NCBI GenBank assembly: GCA_009782215.1
Contig: WRKO01000007.1
Location: forward strand, 9,036-73,035
Reading direction: 5' to 3'
From: Oscillospiraceae bacterium
GTDB taxonomy: Bacteria; Bacillota; Clostridia; Oscillospirales; UBA929
DNA length: 64,000 nt
Position numbers and translations under genes: made by a program. The notes beneath the pieces were generated by a model. That model saw only the letters and a list, made by a program, of their open reading frames with translations, was not told where the DNA came from and made no database searches. Positions 31,808-40,030 of this stretch are shown in pieces (position 1 is the stretch's first letter; every line of letters begins with the position of its first letter).

Positions 31808-33165
31808 CGTTTCAACACCGGCTCTCTTGCGGCTTTAACCTCGTCTAGGCGGCCTACGGGGGTGGTGCGGGGGGCTTTTTTCAGCGCGTCGGGGTCGGTT
31901 TTGAACAGGCCGGCTATCTCCAGCATGGCGGCGGCGAACGCCTCCAGCGTTTCCGGTGATTCCGTCTCGGTCGGCTCGACCATCATGCTTTCCTTGACGA
32001 TGGACGGGAAATAGATGGTCGGCGGATGAAACCCCCGATCCATCAGCGCTTTGGCGGCGTCCAGCGCCGAGGGCGCGGAAAGGACGAACTCGTGCATACA
32101 GCGGCTGCCGAACGGCGTCTCATACGCCCCGGACAGCTCGCCGAGCAGCCAGTTCGCATTTAGGACGGCGATTTCACTCACGCGGCGCAGGCCTTCCGCG
32201 CCCAGCGAGCGGATGTAGCAATACGCCCGGACAAGCACGCCGAAGTTGCCGTAGTATGACCGCACACGCCCGATATCGGCCAGATAGGGCGTCAGGCCTT
32301 TCCGCACGCCCACCGGGCCCGCGCCGGGGCCGCCGCCGCCGTGCGGGGTGGAGAAGGTCTTGTGCAGATTGAGGTGGACGACGTCAAAGCCCATCGCGCC
32401 GGGCGAGGTGTAGCCCATGATGGCGTTGAGGTTGGCTCCGTCGTAATAGAGCAGCCCGCCCGCGCCGTGGATGATGGCTTCGATTTGGGGGATATGCTTT
32501 TCAAACAGCCCAAGCGTGTTTGGATTGGTCAGCATCAGGCCCGCCAGCGATTCCCCCGTTTCGGAAACAACGGCCCGCAAGACCTCCGGGTCAACCAGCC
32601 CGTCCGCCCCACTCGGCACGGTGCGCGCGGTAAACCCCGTCTGCGCCACCGACGCGGGGTTGGTGCCGTGCGCCGAATCGGGGATGAGGATGATTTTGCG
32701 CTCCGGTTCGCGGCGCTTTTGGAAGTACGCGGCGAACACCATCAGCCCGGCCAACTCCCCGTGCGCCCCCGCCGCCGGTTGGAGCGAAAACGCCCCCATA
32801 TCGCATATGGCGCAGAGATACTCCTCTAATTCCGCCATCAGCCGCAGACAGCCTTGATTTTTTTCCTCCGGCAGCATCGGGTGGGCGAGGGCGAAGCCCG
32901 GAAGGGACGCGATTTGCTCGTGGATTTTAGGGTTGTATTTCATTGTACAGGAGCCGAGCGGGTAAAAGCCGGTATCCACGCTGAAGTTCATCTTCGCCAG
33001 CGCCGTGTAGTGCCGCACGGCGTCCGGCTCGGCGACCTCCGGCAGGGCGGGCGGCGACGGGCGCAGATGCTCTCCGACGATGTCCTCCGGCGGGATTTCC
33101 GGCACGTCGCACGGCTCCGGGAAAAAGCCGCGCCGCCCGGATACGGATTTGTCATAGACGGTCAT
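31804..33165 (-). CDS. gcvPB: glycine dehydrogenase subunit 2
   Basis: PLGSCTMKYNP, QPAAGAHGE, SAHGTNPAS, HLNLHKTFSTPHGGGGPG. Confidence 0.95.
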   Translation of the reverse strand: MTVYDKSVSGRRGFFPEPCDVPEIPPEDIVGEHLRPSPPALPEVAEPDAVRHYTALAKMNFSVDTGFYPLGSCTMKYNPKIHEQIASLPGFALAHPMLPEEKNQGCLRLMAELEEYLCAICDMGAFSLQPAAGAHGELAGLMVFAAYFQKRREPERKIILIPDSAHGTNPASVAQTGFTARTVPSGADGLVDPEVLRAVVSETGESLAGLMLTNPNTLGLFEKHIPQIEAIIHGAGGLLYYDGANLNAIMGYTSPGAMGFDVVHLNLHKTFSTPHGGGGPGAGPVGVRKGLTPYLADIGRVRSYYGNFGVLVRAYCYIRSLGAEGLRRVSEIAVLNANWLLGELSGAYETPFGSRCMHEFVLSAPSALDAAKALMDRGFHPPTIYFPSIVKESMMVEPTETESPETLEAFAAAMLEIAGLFKTDPDALKKAPRTTPVGRLDEVKAAREPVLKR

Positions 33166-34442
33166 TCGGCAGCCCTCCTTTCCGCGCGCCGGACAAACGC
33201 GTCAATCTCGGTCTTTGTCCGCTTTTCAGTCACCGCCACCAGCGAGCCGCGCGGGTTATGCAACGGGTAGGCCCCCGGCAGGACGGCCTCGACGGCAAAC
33301 TCACGGAAATACGGCGCGTTGAAGAGCGGCTTTATCCCGCGTTCTTCCAGTTGTGAGCGCAGATACGCCGCTTTGCGGGCGGCGGTGAGCGCAACTTCCC
33401 GTAACCCCCTCGGGCCGAGCAGGGAGAGGTAGACGACCGCTCTCAACGCGGACAGGGCGGCGTTGGAGCAGATGTTGCTGGTAGCTTTTTCGCGGCGGAT
33501 ATGCTGCTCCCGGGCTTGCAGGGTGAGTACAAAGCCGCGCTTATCGCCGTTCAGCTCCGCCGTTTCCCCGGCAATCCGTCCCGGCAGACGGCGCAGATAT
33601 TTTTCCTTCGCGCAGAAATACCCCGCGTGGGGGCCGCCGAACGAAACGGGGGAACCCAGCGGCTGGCAGTCTCCCACCGCGATATCCACGCCGCACATCC
33701 CCGGGCTTTCAAGCAATCCCAGCGATAGCGGGTCGCAGATTGCGACGCTCAGGGCGCCCGCGGCGGCGGCGGCGGCGGACGCCAGCGACCGCATCGGCTC
33801 AATGACGCCAAAGAAGTTGGGCGATTGGAAAATCACGCAGGCCGCCTCTTCCGGCCGCGTGTCAAGGGCTGTCTGCCCGCGCCCGTCAAACGGGATTTCG
33901 GCAACCTCCAATCCGCTGAAGCGGGCGTATGCAGCCGCCGTTTCGCGGATATGAGGGTGGACGGCGGCGGAGATATACGCCCGTTTGCGCTTTGTGGCTC
34001 CCGCGGACAGCAGCATCGCCTCGCAGGCGGCGGTGGCGGCGTCATACATCGAGGCATTGGAAACGTCCAGCCCGGTTAGGCGGCACATTCCCGTCTGAAA
34101 CTCAAAGATGCCGGTCAGCGTGCCTTGGCTGGCCTCCGGCTGATAGGGCGTGTAGGCGGTGACAAACTCCGGCAGGGCGCACAGCGCGTCCACCGCCGCC
34201 GGGACATAATGGTCATACAGCCCCGCGCCGATGAAGAGCGGTTCGCTTATATCGTTCCGTCCCGCCATCTCTTCCAGAAGGCGGCGGAGGGCCGGTTCGC
34301 CGAGCGGCTCGGGCAGACCGGATATGCCGTCGGCGCGGCAAGAGGGCGGGATGTCGGAGAAAAGCTCTCCTGTATGGCTAAGCTCCAGCGCGGCAAGCAT
34401 GTTCTCCCGCTCGCGCGCGGTCTGCGGTATATAGCTATTCAT
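33162..34442 (-). CDS. gcvPA: glycine dehydrogenase subunit 1
   Basis: TAYTPYQPEASQG, SNASMYD, LQAREQHIRREKATSNICSN; start moved to ATG 34442. Confidence 0.95.
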   Translation of the reverse strand: MNSYIPQTARERENMLAALELSHTGELFSDIPPSCRADGISGLPEPLGEPALRRLLEEMAGRNDISEPLFIGAGLYDHYVPAAVDALCALPEFVTAYTPYQPEASQGTLTGIFEFQTGMCRLTGLDVSNASMYDAATAACEAMLLSAGATKRKRAYISAAVHPHIRETAAAYARFSGLEVAEIPFDGRGQTALDTRPEEAACVIFQSPNFFGVIEPMRSLASAAAAAAGALSVAICDPLSLGLLESPGMCGVDIAVGDCQPLGSPVSFGGPHAGYFCAKEKYLRRLPGRIAGETAELNGDKRGFVLTLQAREQHIRREKATSNICSNAALSALRAVVYLSLLGPRGLREVALTAARKAAYLRSQLEERGIKPLFNAPYFREFAVEAVLPGAYPLHNPRGSLVAVTEKRTKTEIDAFVRRAERRAAE

Positions 34443-34797
34443 CGCAAAACGCCGAATACGCGCCCTCGTCCAGCAGGCCGGCAAGCTCGGCCGGGTCGCT
34501 GAGGCGGATGCGGAACACCCATGTCTCCTCCGGCGCGCTGTTGAGCAGCGAAGGCTCTCTCTGCGGGTCGGGGTTGACGGCAATAATCTCGCCCGACACC
34601 GGCGTTAGGATGTCCGACGCCGCTTTGACCGATTCGACCGCGCCCGCCGCTTCGCCCGCCGCCAGCGCCGTGCCGGGAGGCTCTGCTTCGCAGAAGACGA
34701 TATCCCCCAGTTGGTTTTGCGCGTGGTTTGTGATGCCTACCTCGCCGGTGTCCCCGACGATGTAGAGCCACTCGTGGTCTTTTGAATAGTACCGCAC
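34435..34797 (-). CDS. gcvH: glycine cleavage system H protein
   Basis: YSKDHEW, GITNHAQNQLGDIV, lipoyl-lysine motif VESVKAASD. Confidence 0.95.
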   Translation of the reverse strand: MRYYSKDHEWLYIVGDTGEVGITNHAQNQLGDIVFCEAEPPGTALAAGEAAGAVESVKAASDILTPVSGEIIAVNPDPQREPSLLNSAPEETWVFRIRLSDPAELAGLLDEGAYSAFCDE

Positions 34798-34798
34798 G

Positions 34799-35794
34799 TT
34801 ACTTCGCCCTCCTGTAAAATGGCATTCCCGTCAAAACGGCGGGTTCCGCCTTATCGCGTATCACAATCTCATACTTCTCCGCTTCTCCCGTGACCAGAGC
34901 CATCGCTATGCCGCGCGCCGGCCCCGGGGAGAAGCAGCCTGAGGTCACTTTTCCCAGAGGGACTCCGTCTCCCAGCACCTCGCAGCCTGCTCTAGGGACG
35001 GCGCGGCCTTGCGCCGTCAGGCCAATCAACCGCCGGGGCGGTCGGACGCCCGCAAGCGCGCCGCGCCCGATAAAGTTGCCTTTCTCAAAGCAGACGAAGC
35101 GTTCAAGACCCGCCTCGACCGGGGAAATATCCTCGTCCAGCTCATGCCCGTACAGCGGCAGCGACGCCTCGGTACGTAAAAGGTCGCGCGCGCCCAGCCC
35201 GCATGGTTGGGCCCCCGCCTCCGTCATCTCCCGCCACAGCTTGGGCGCGGCGGCGGGCGGCAAAAACAGCTCAAAGCCGCGTTCGCCGGTGTAGCCGGTG
35301 CCGGATTGCAGCAAGACGGCGGAGAGGTCGGCTTTTTTCAGAACATCGGCGGCGGCGGGGCCTTGCAGGGCAAGCTGCGCGAAGCTGTCCGACACATTCT
35401 CAACACAGACGCCGGGCGGGGCGTTTTGCCGTATCCACGCGAAATCCTTCTCCGTGTTGGCGGCGTTGACGCAGAGGAGAAAGCCGTCTCCGTGCCGGTA
35501 GGCGACGACGTCGTCCACCGTGCCGCCGCTCTCGCCGCACATCGGGGAATAAACCCACGGCTTTGTCTCCAAGCGGCGCATATCGTTTGTCAGCAATGCC
35601 TGCAAAAAGTCAAACGCGCCCGCGCCGGAGAGGTATATCTCGCCCATGTGCGAAACGTCGAACACTCCGGCGCGCCGCCGCACGGCGACGTGTTCGGCGA
35701 GGATGCCGCCGTAATGCAGGGGCAATTCCCAGCCGCAATACGCCGTCATTTTCGCGCCGGCCGCGATATGCTCGTCATAGAGAGGTGTCCTCAA
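34799..35794 (-). CDS. gcvT: aminomethyltransferase (glycine cleavage T protein)
   Basis: RTPLY, FDVSHMGE, VNAAN, LALQGP, GYTGERGFE, LYGHE; TTG start 35794 after AGGAGG. Confidence 0.93.
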   Translation of the reverse strand: MRTPLYDEHIAAGAKMTAYCGWELPLHYGGILAEHVAVRRRAGVFDVSHMGEIYLSGAGAFDFLQALLTNDMRRLETKPWVYSPMCGESGGTVDDVVAYRHGDGFLLCVNAANTEKDFAWIRQNAPPGVCVENVSDSFAQLALQGPAAADVLKKADLSAVLLQSGTGYTGERGFELFLPPAAAPKLWREMTEAGAQPCGLGARDLLRTEASLPLYGHELDEDISPVEAGLERFVCFEKGNFIGRGALAGVRPPRRLIGLTAQGRAVPRAGCEVLGDGVPLGKVTSGCFSPGPARGIAMALVTGEAEKYEIVIRDKAEPAVLTGMPFYRRAK

Positions 35795-35853
35795 CGCACG
35801 AAAGCCTCCTGTCACGGTGTCCGCCGGGAGATTGATCCGGGGAAAGCAATAGC

Positions 35854-35882
35854 AGTGTATCAAATAAAAGGGCGCGCGTCAA
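35854..35882 (-). promoter_or_regulatory. sigma-A-type promoter for the gcv operon
   Basis: Minus strand TTGACG, 17 nt, TACACT. Confidence 0.55.
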
Positions 35883-35933
35883 TATATTGTTATGTAAAGT
35901 TCAAAATCTTTTCGCACGACACTATATGTTGAG

Positions 35934-36161
35934 GTGATGAAGATGTGCCGCCAAGCAAAAGACGTCGCTCTAATCAGCGTCAAGCTCTCAATCGTCCTCC
36001 TGATTTGCCGCATCGCGCTCCTGCTCGGCCCCGACCGCTATGATACATACTACAACCTCCAAGTCATCCGCGCCCTCCCGGAGGTCGTCCGCGCCGTTCT
36101 GCTCACCGGCGGGCTGGGTACGGCTTGGCTTCAATGGCTGCATAAGCGCGGTCTTGGGTGA
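35934..36161 (+). CDS. small hypothetical membrane protein
   Basis: About 75 aa with two hydrophobic segments; GAGGTG RBS-like sequence before the in-frame ATGs; fills the intergenic gap. Confidence 0.5.
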   Translation: MMKMCRQAKDVALISVKLSIVLLICRIALLLGPDRYDTYYNLQVIRALPEVVRAVLLTGGLGTAWLQWLHKRGLG

Positions 36162-36178
36162 GCGCGGCCAAGAGGCGC

Positions 36179-36207
36179 TTGACAAAACGTGAAATGTTTG
36201 TTACAAT
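36179..36207 (+). promoter_or_regulatory. sigma-A-type promoter for the surface protein
   Basis: TTGACA (36179-36184), 17 nt, TACAAT (36202-36207), with TG. Confidence 0.7.
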
Positions 36208-36279
36208 AGGCTCAATCAGAGCTTTAGTCTCCGTCCTTTGCGTACGATATAGATGTGTAGAGAAAGGGAGGGATTTTGA

Positions 36280-39200
36280 ATGTTGAAACGATTGACCGCT
36301 TTGGTCTTAACCTTCGTACTTATCGCCCCGACGGGCTTCATCGGGGGCGCGAGCGCGCTTACAACCCCCAACTATATCCCGGAGACAGTCCAGTTTATTC
36401 AGCAGGGGAACGTGCCGGTGTCTGTGGCTGCGGCGAAGGAGCCGTCACAGGGAACATTAGAAGCGTTTTTGCAGTTCAACGGGGTTATGCAGACAAGCGA
36501 CAAAGACGATGCGTGGGCGCACGCCGCTTACGCCGCGATGAATGTCGCCGGCAATACGGAGCTGAATTATCAGTTCAACGATATTCCAACCGCATCTGTC
36601 GGCAACCGGGGTGTGCTGACGGCGTTTTTAATGCGCAGCTTTTCGCTGCGCGGCAATGACCCCGTCATGAATCCGGTTAAGGGCATTGCGTACATCCCCG
36701 ATATGCCGTCGAACGCCGGCCCTGAATCGGTCGCGAAGCAGGTGTATAACAGCAGAATTAAAGCAGCGGTCGAGGCAAACAGCGCGGTTGTGGCTTCCCT
36801 GTACTTTGATGAAAATCTGCTCGTGAAGATAGAGGACGTTGACGGGACATGGATATATGTATATGATAACGATTCCCGCGTCACAGGAAGCACCATATCA
36901 CGCAGGGCGGCAAACAGCTCCTCCGTGATTGTCGGATGGGACGACAACATAGAGTTTGAGTACAGATACGAGAAGACGCCCGCATCGGGGGACAATCCCG
37001 CTGTTTATGAAGATGTAACCGTTAAAGGCGCATTCCTCGCGTACGACAGCCTTCCGGCTTCGCTTGGCGGCGCGGGCGGCGGTGCTTACTGGATTAGCTA
37101 TGCGACCATCCTTTCCGGCGCGTATTATGTTGAAGGTTTTTATGACCACAAAGCCACTTTCAATCTCAACAACCAGCTTGAGGATGACAAAGGTGTCGCG
37201 ATAAAGAAAAATCCCTTTGCCGTTACCTACGAATACGACGCGGCCGGCTTGAATAATGTGCGGACTATCAGCGGCGACACCGTTTTCTACGCCAATGTGT
37301 TCACCGTAAAGGACGGCGCCGCCGCCATCCATGCCGTCTCCGTCTTCCTCACCGGCGAGGGTAACGGCTATAGGATTTGGTTTATTGACGACTATAAAGA
37401 AACCAAGGATTTGAATGTGCTGGATTCGGCCAACACCAAGAAAGCGCTGGTCACTTCCGCCCCGGTCGGTTACAAAGCTCTACCGGGATACTACACGATT
37501 CCGGTAATCGACCCGGCAACCAATGAAGCCCCCATCGCCAGCGAAAAGCAGTTCGCCATTGTCGTGGAGGCGACCGGGACGGGTGTGAACGGCCCGGTGC
37601 TGCAAAACGCTGCCGGAGCCAGCCGCGGGCAGAGCTTCACCTCCTCCAACGCCACTACGTGGAACGATGCGTTCCTGACAAACCAATCCGCCGTGTGCAT
37701 TAAAGCCCACGCGGAGAAAGACGTCTACATCCCGCTGACCGGCGTTGAGGTGCGGGACTCGGACGGCGACCCGCTGACCGTCCTTGAGGTCGTCCCCAAC
37801 ACCAGACATACCATTACCCCCACGCTGATACCCACCAACGCCACAAACGTCAGGCACGAAGAAACAGTATGGGAAGCGCAGATGCCGTATTACCTCCGCG
37901 ACGATGAGGGGTATTTGATATTGGACAATGACGAAAAGCCCACGCTGGCGGACGCTCCTACCGGCGCTGACTGGCTGGTTTGGATGAATGGCTGGGGGTT
38001 TGTGCCAAAGGCATTCTCGGAGCTTACGACTCTTCCGACAGGGACGACTGCAACCACTCGGCAACGGCAGGGAAAAAAGGAAGATAGCCCTGATGTTATC
38101 AACAATATTGTCATTCAAGACCAGCCCTTTACCCTCAGTATCTCAAATAACGGGACGACTGCGCTGCAGGCACCCAGAAGCGCGATTGAATATGACGGGA
38201 AAGATTTCCCGGTGCAAGTGACTGTAAACGAAGTCCCAAGAGACGCTACGGGCACATGGGATGAAGACAAAGGCAATTTTAAGCCTCAAAGGGCCGATTT
38301 CACCGTTAAGATTAAAGCGACTGCGGTGGAAAAGGTCACGCTCAGCAGAACCGCAGCGCAAACCATGAAGGTGGGGGCAACCCTCTCCTTCACAGCGACG
38401 CAGCTTGACGCAGACGATAAGCAGCTCAGCGCGCCGCATCCCGTGACATGGCATATCGTGATGCCGCTCTCTGGGGGTTCCACCGATGACTACCATGACG
38501 GCTATGAAAAAAGCCCCGCGTTTGAACCGCTCGACCCCTTTGGCGGTCCTGTCGCCACTGTTGACAAAAACGGCAGGGTGACGGCGCTGCGCAGCGGGGT
38601 ATGCTTTGTCTACGCCGAGGCGGGCGGCAAGGCGTCAGACTTGACCCAAATCACCGCCACCGGGAAAACGGTCACCGGCGTCGCTATCGGCAGAAAAAAA
38701 CTCATTATGGCAGCCGATACGACCTTTACCATGACGGGCGCTGTCAAGCCTAATGACGCGAATGACAGGAGCATCACTTGGTCGTCAAGCAACGACGCCA
38801 TTGCAACGGTCGAACCGGCGACGGGCATTATCAGGGCTATAAGCCCCGGAACGGTCACCATATCCGTCTCCAGCAAGACCAGCCCCAACTTCAAGGCCGA
38901 CTGCGCCGTCACCGTCATCGCCGGGCCTTCCGCCACAATCCGCGTCAACAGAGCCGCCACATACTCCGTTTTCGGCGCGAAAGCCGGGGAGACGATTGAA
39001 TGGACTTTTGAGGACAGAGACGGAAACGACAGCGACAATCTTCGCGGCGAGAAAATCAATAATGGCAATAAATTCAGAGTTATCGCCGATGATGAAGGCG
39101 GGGCCGTCCTGAGAGCCGAAGTGTATGTTGACCCGCCTGAAGGTGATAGGGTTCTCGTCCGTGAGCAGAAGTGGCATCTGGAAGGCGTCGTGCCTATCGG

Positions 39201-39834
39201 CAGGATGGCTTTCCAGAACAGCGCCGGAGAGGATCTCAAGCGAGTCAATCTCGGCATTAAGCTCGACGGGACGAGTCCCAAATCGCAGACGCTGACGGCA
39301 GCGGTCATAAAACCTGTTGACGGAACCTCCACCCTCCTTGGCTTTGAGTGGTCTGCCAAACAAACCAAGCAGAAACAGGACATTATCACTTTAGACCCGG
39401 GAACGGGAGACGCAAACAACACCGTGACCATTACCGCAGCGAGGCCCGGCTCTACAAGGCTCACCGGCTTGAACTACAACGGCAACAAACGCGTCAATCT
39501 TTCCGTCCGCGTATTCTTCTACCCGGAGACGGCTAACATCACACCCAAAGCGGGCAGCTTGACGATGAATGTAGGCAAAACCGGAAGTGCGACAGCCAAG
39601 GTTACCGCACCGAACGCCAAAGACTTTTTCAAGACGCTGACCTATACGCTGAAAGGCGCCGACGGTGAGCCGATGACGACCGAAGGACGCGAGTTTGTGG
39701 AAAACAGTTTCGTCCGGGTTGACGTCAAGCGCGGGCGGGTGACCGCCTTGGGCCCGGGCGAAGCAACGGTAGTCATCGTAGCGCAAGGCGGTGCGACCAA
39801 GGAAGTGCCGGTCACAGTGAAGACAAAAGATTAG
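36280..39834 (+). CDS. secreted protein: degenerate papain-like (C1A) domain, lectin-like domain, multiple Big_2 Ig-like repeats
   Basis: Signal peptide; VIVGWDDN and GAYWISY; lectin-like YANVF...PGYYTIP...VCIKA; Big_2 motifs WSSSNDAIATV and GRVTAL. Confidence 0.8.
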   Translation: MLKRLTALVLTFVLIAPTGFIGGASALTTPNYIPETVQFIQQGNVPVSVAAAKEPSQGTLEAFLQFNGVMQTSDKDDAWAHAAYAAMNVAGNTELNYQFNDIPTASVGNRGVLTAFLMRSFSLRGNDPVMNPVKGIAYIPDMPSNAGPESVAKQVYNSRIKAAVEANSAVVASLYFDENLLVKIEDVDGTWIYVYDNDSRVTGSTISRRAANSSSVIVGWDDNIEFEYRYEKTPASGDNPAVYEDVTVKGAFLAYDSLPASLGGAGGGAYWISYATILSGAYYVEGFYDHKATFNLNNQLEDDKGVAIKKNPFAVTYEYDAAGLNNVRTISGDTVFYANVFTVKDGAAAIHAVSVFLTGEGNGYRIWFIDDYKETKDLNVLDSANTKKALVTSAPVGYKALPGYYTIPVIDPATNEAPIASEKQFAIVVEATGTGVNGPVLQNAAGASRGQSFTSSNATTWNDAFLTNQSAVCIKAHAEKDVYIPLTGVEVRDSDGDPLTVLEVVPNTRHTITPTLIPTNATNVRHEETVWEAQMPYYLRDDEGYLILDNDEKPTLADAPTGADWLVWMNGWGFVPKAFSELTTLPTGTTATTRQRQGKKEDSPDVINNIVIQDQPFTLSISNNGTTALQAPRSAIEYDGKDFPVQVTVNEVPRDATGTWDEDKGNFKPQRADFTVKIKATAVEKVTLSRTAAQTMKVGATLSFTATQLDADDKQLSAPHPVTWHIVMPLSGGSTDDYHDGYEKSPAFEPLDPFGGPVATVDKNGRVTALRSGVCFVYAEAGGKASDLTQITATGKTVTGVAIGRKKLIMAADTTFTMTGAVKPNDANDRSITWSSSNDAIATVEPATGIIRAISPGTVTISVSSKTSPNFKADCAVTVIAGPSATIRVNRAATYSVFGAKAGETIEWTFEDRDGNDSDNLRGEKINNGNKFRVIADDEGGAVLRAEVYVDPPEGDRVLVREQKWHLEGVVPIGRMAFQNSAGEDLKRVNLGIKLDGTSPKSQTLTAAVIKPVDGTSTLLGFEWSAKQTKQKQDIITLDPGTGDANNTVTITAARPGSTRLTGLNYNGNKRVNLSVRVFFYPETANITPKAGSLTMNVGKTGSATAKVTAPNAKDFFKTLTYTLKGADGEPMTTEGREFVENSFVRVDVKRGRVTALGPGEATVVIVAQGGATKEVPVTVKTKD

Positions 39835-39841
39835 ACCTAAG

Positions 39842-39872
39842 CAAACCGCCCGGCCAAGGGTCGGGCGGTTTG
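39842..39872 (+). terminator. hairpin after the surface protein gene
   Basis: CAAACCGCCCGGCC-AAG-GGTCGGGCGGTTTG followed by TTACGTTTT. Confidence 0.7.
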
Positions 39873-39892
39873 TTACGTTTTCGGCAAATTAT

Positions 39893-39969
39893 CCGGGCAT
39901 GGCGCAGCTTGGCAGCGCGCGTGGTTTGGGACCACGAGGCCGCAGGTTCAAATCCTGTTGCCCGGACCA
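39893..39969 (+). tRNA. tRNA-Pro(TGG)
   Basis: Acceptor CCGGGCA/TGCCCGG; anticodon stem CGTGG/CCACG with loop TTTGGGA; GTTCAAATC; encoded CCA. Confidence 0.95.
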
Positions 39970-39971
39970 GT

Positions 39972-40014
39972 CGGAGTGTTCTTACAGCATTTGAAGTGTT
40001 GTAGGAACACTCCG
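39972..40014 (+). terminator. long tRNA-trailer hairpin (copy 1)
   Basis: 20-bp stem with three G-U pairs: CGGAGTGTTCTTACAGCATT-TGA-AGTGTTGTAGGAACACTCCG, then TTT. Confidence 0.75.
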
Positions 40015-40030
40015 TTTCATATTTTACATT

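Noticed and set aside
35800-35850. AATCTCCCGGC...GACAG upstream of gcvT as a glycine riboswitch
   Set aside because: Only a faint resemblance to the aptamer 3' end; the GGAGAG and CCGAAG core is absent and the leader is too short.
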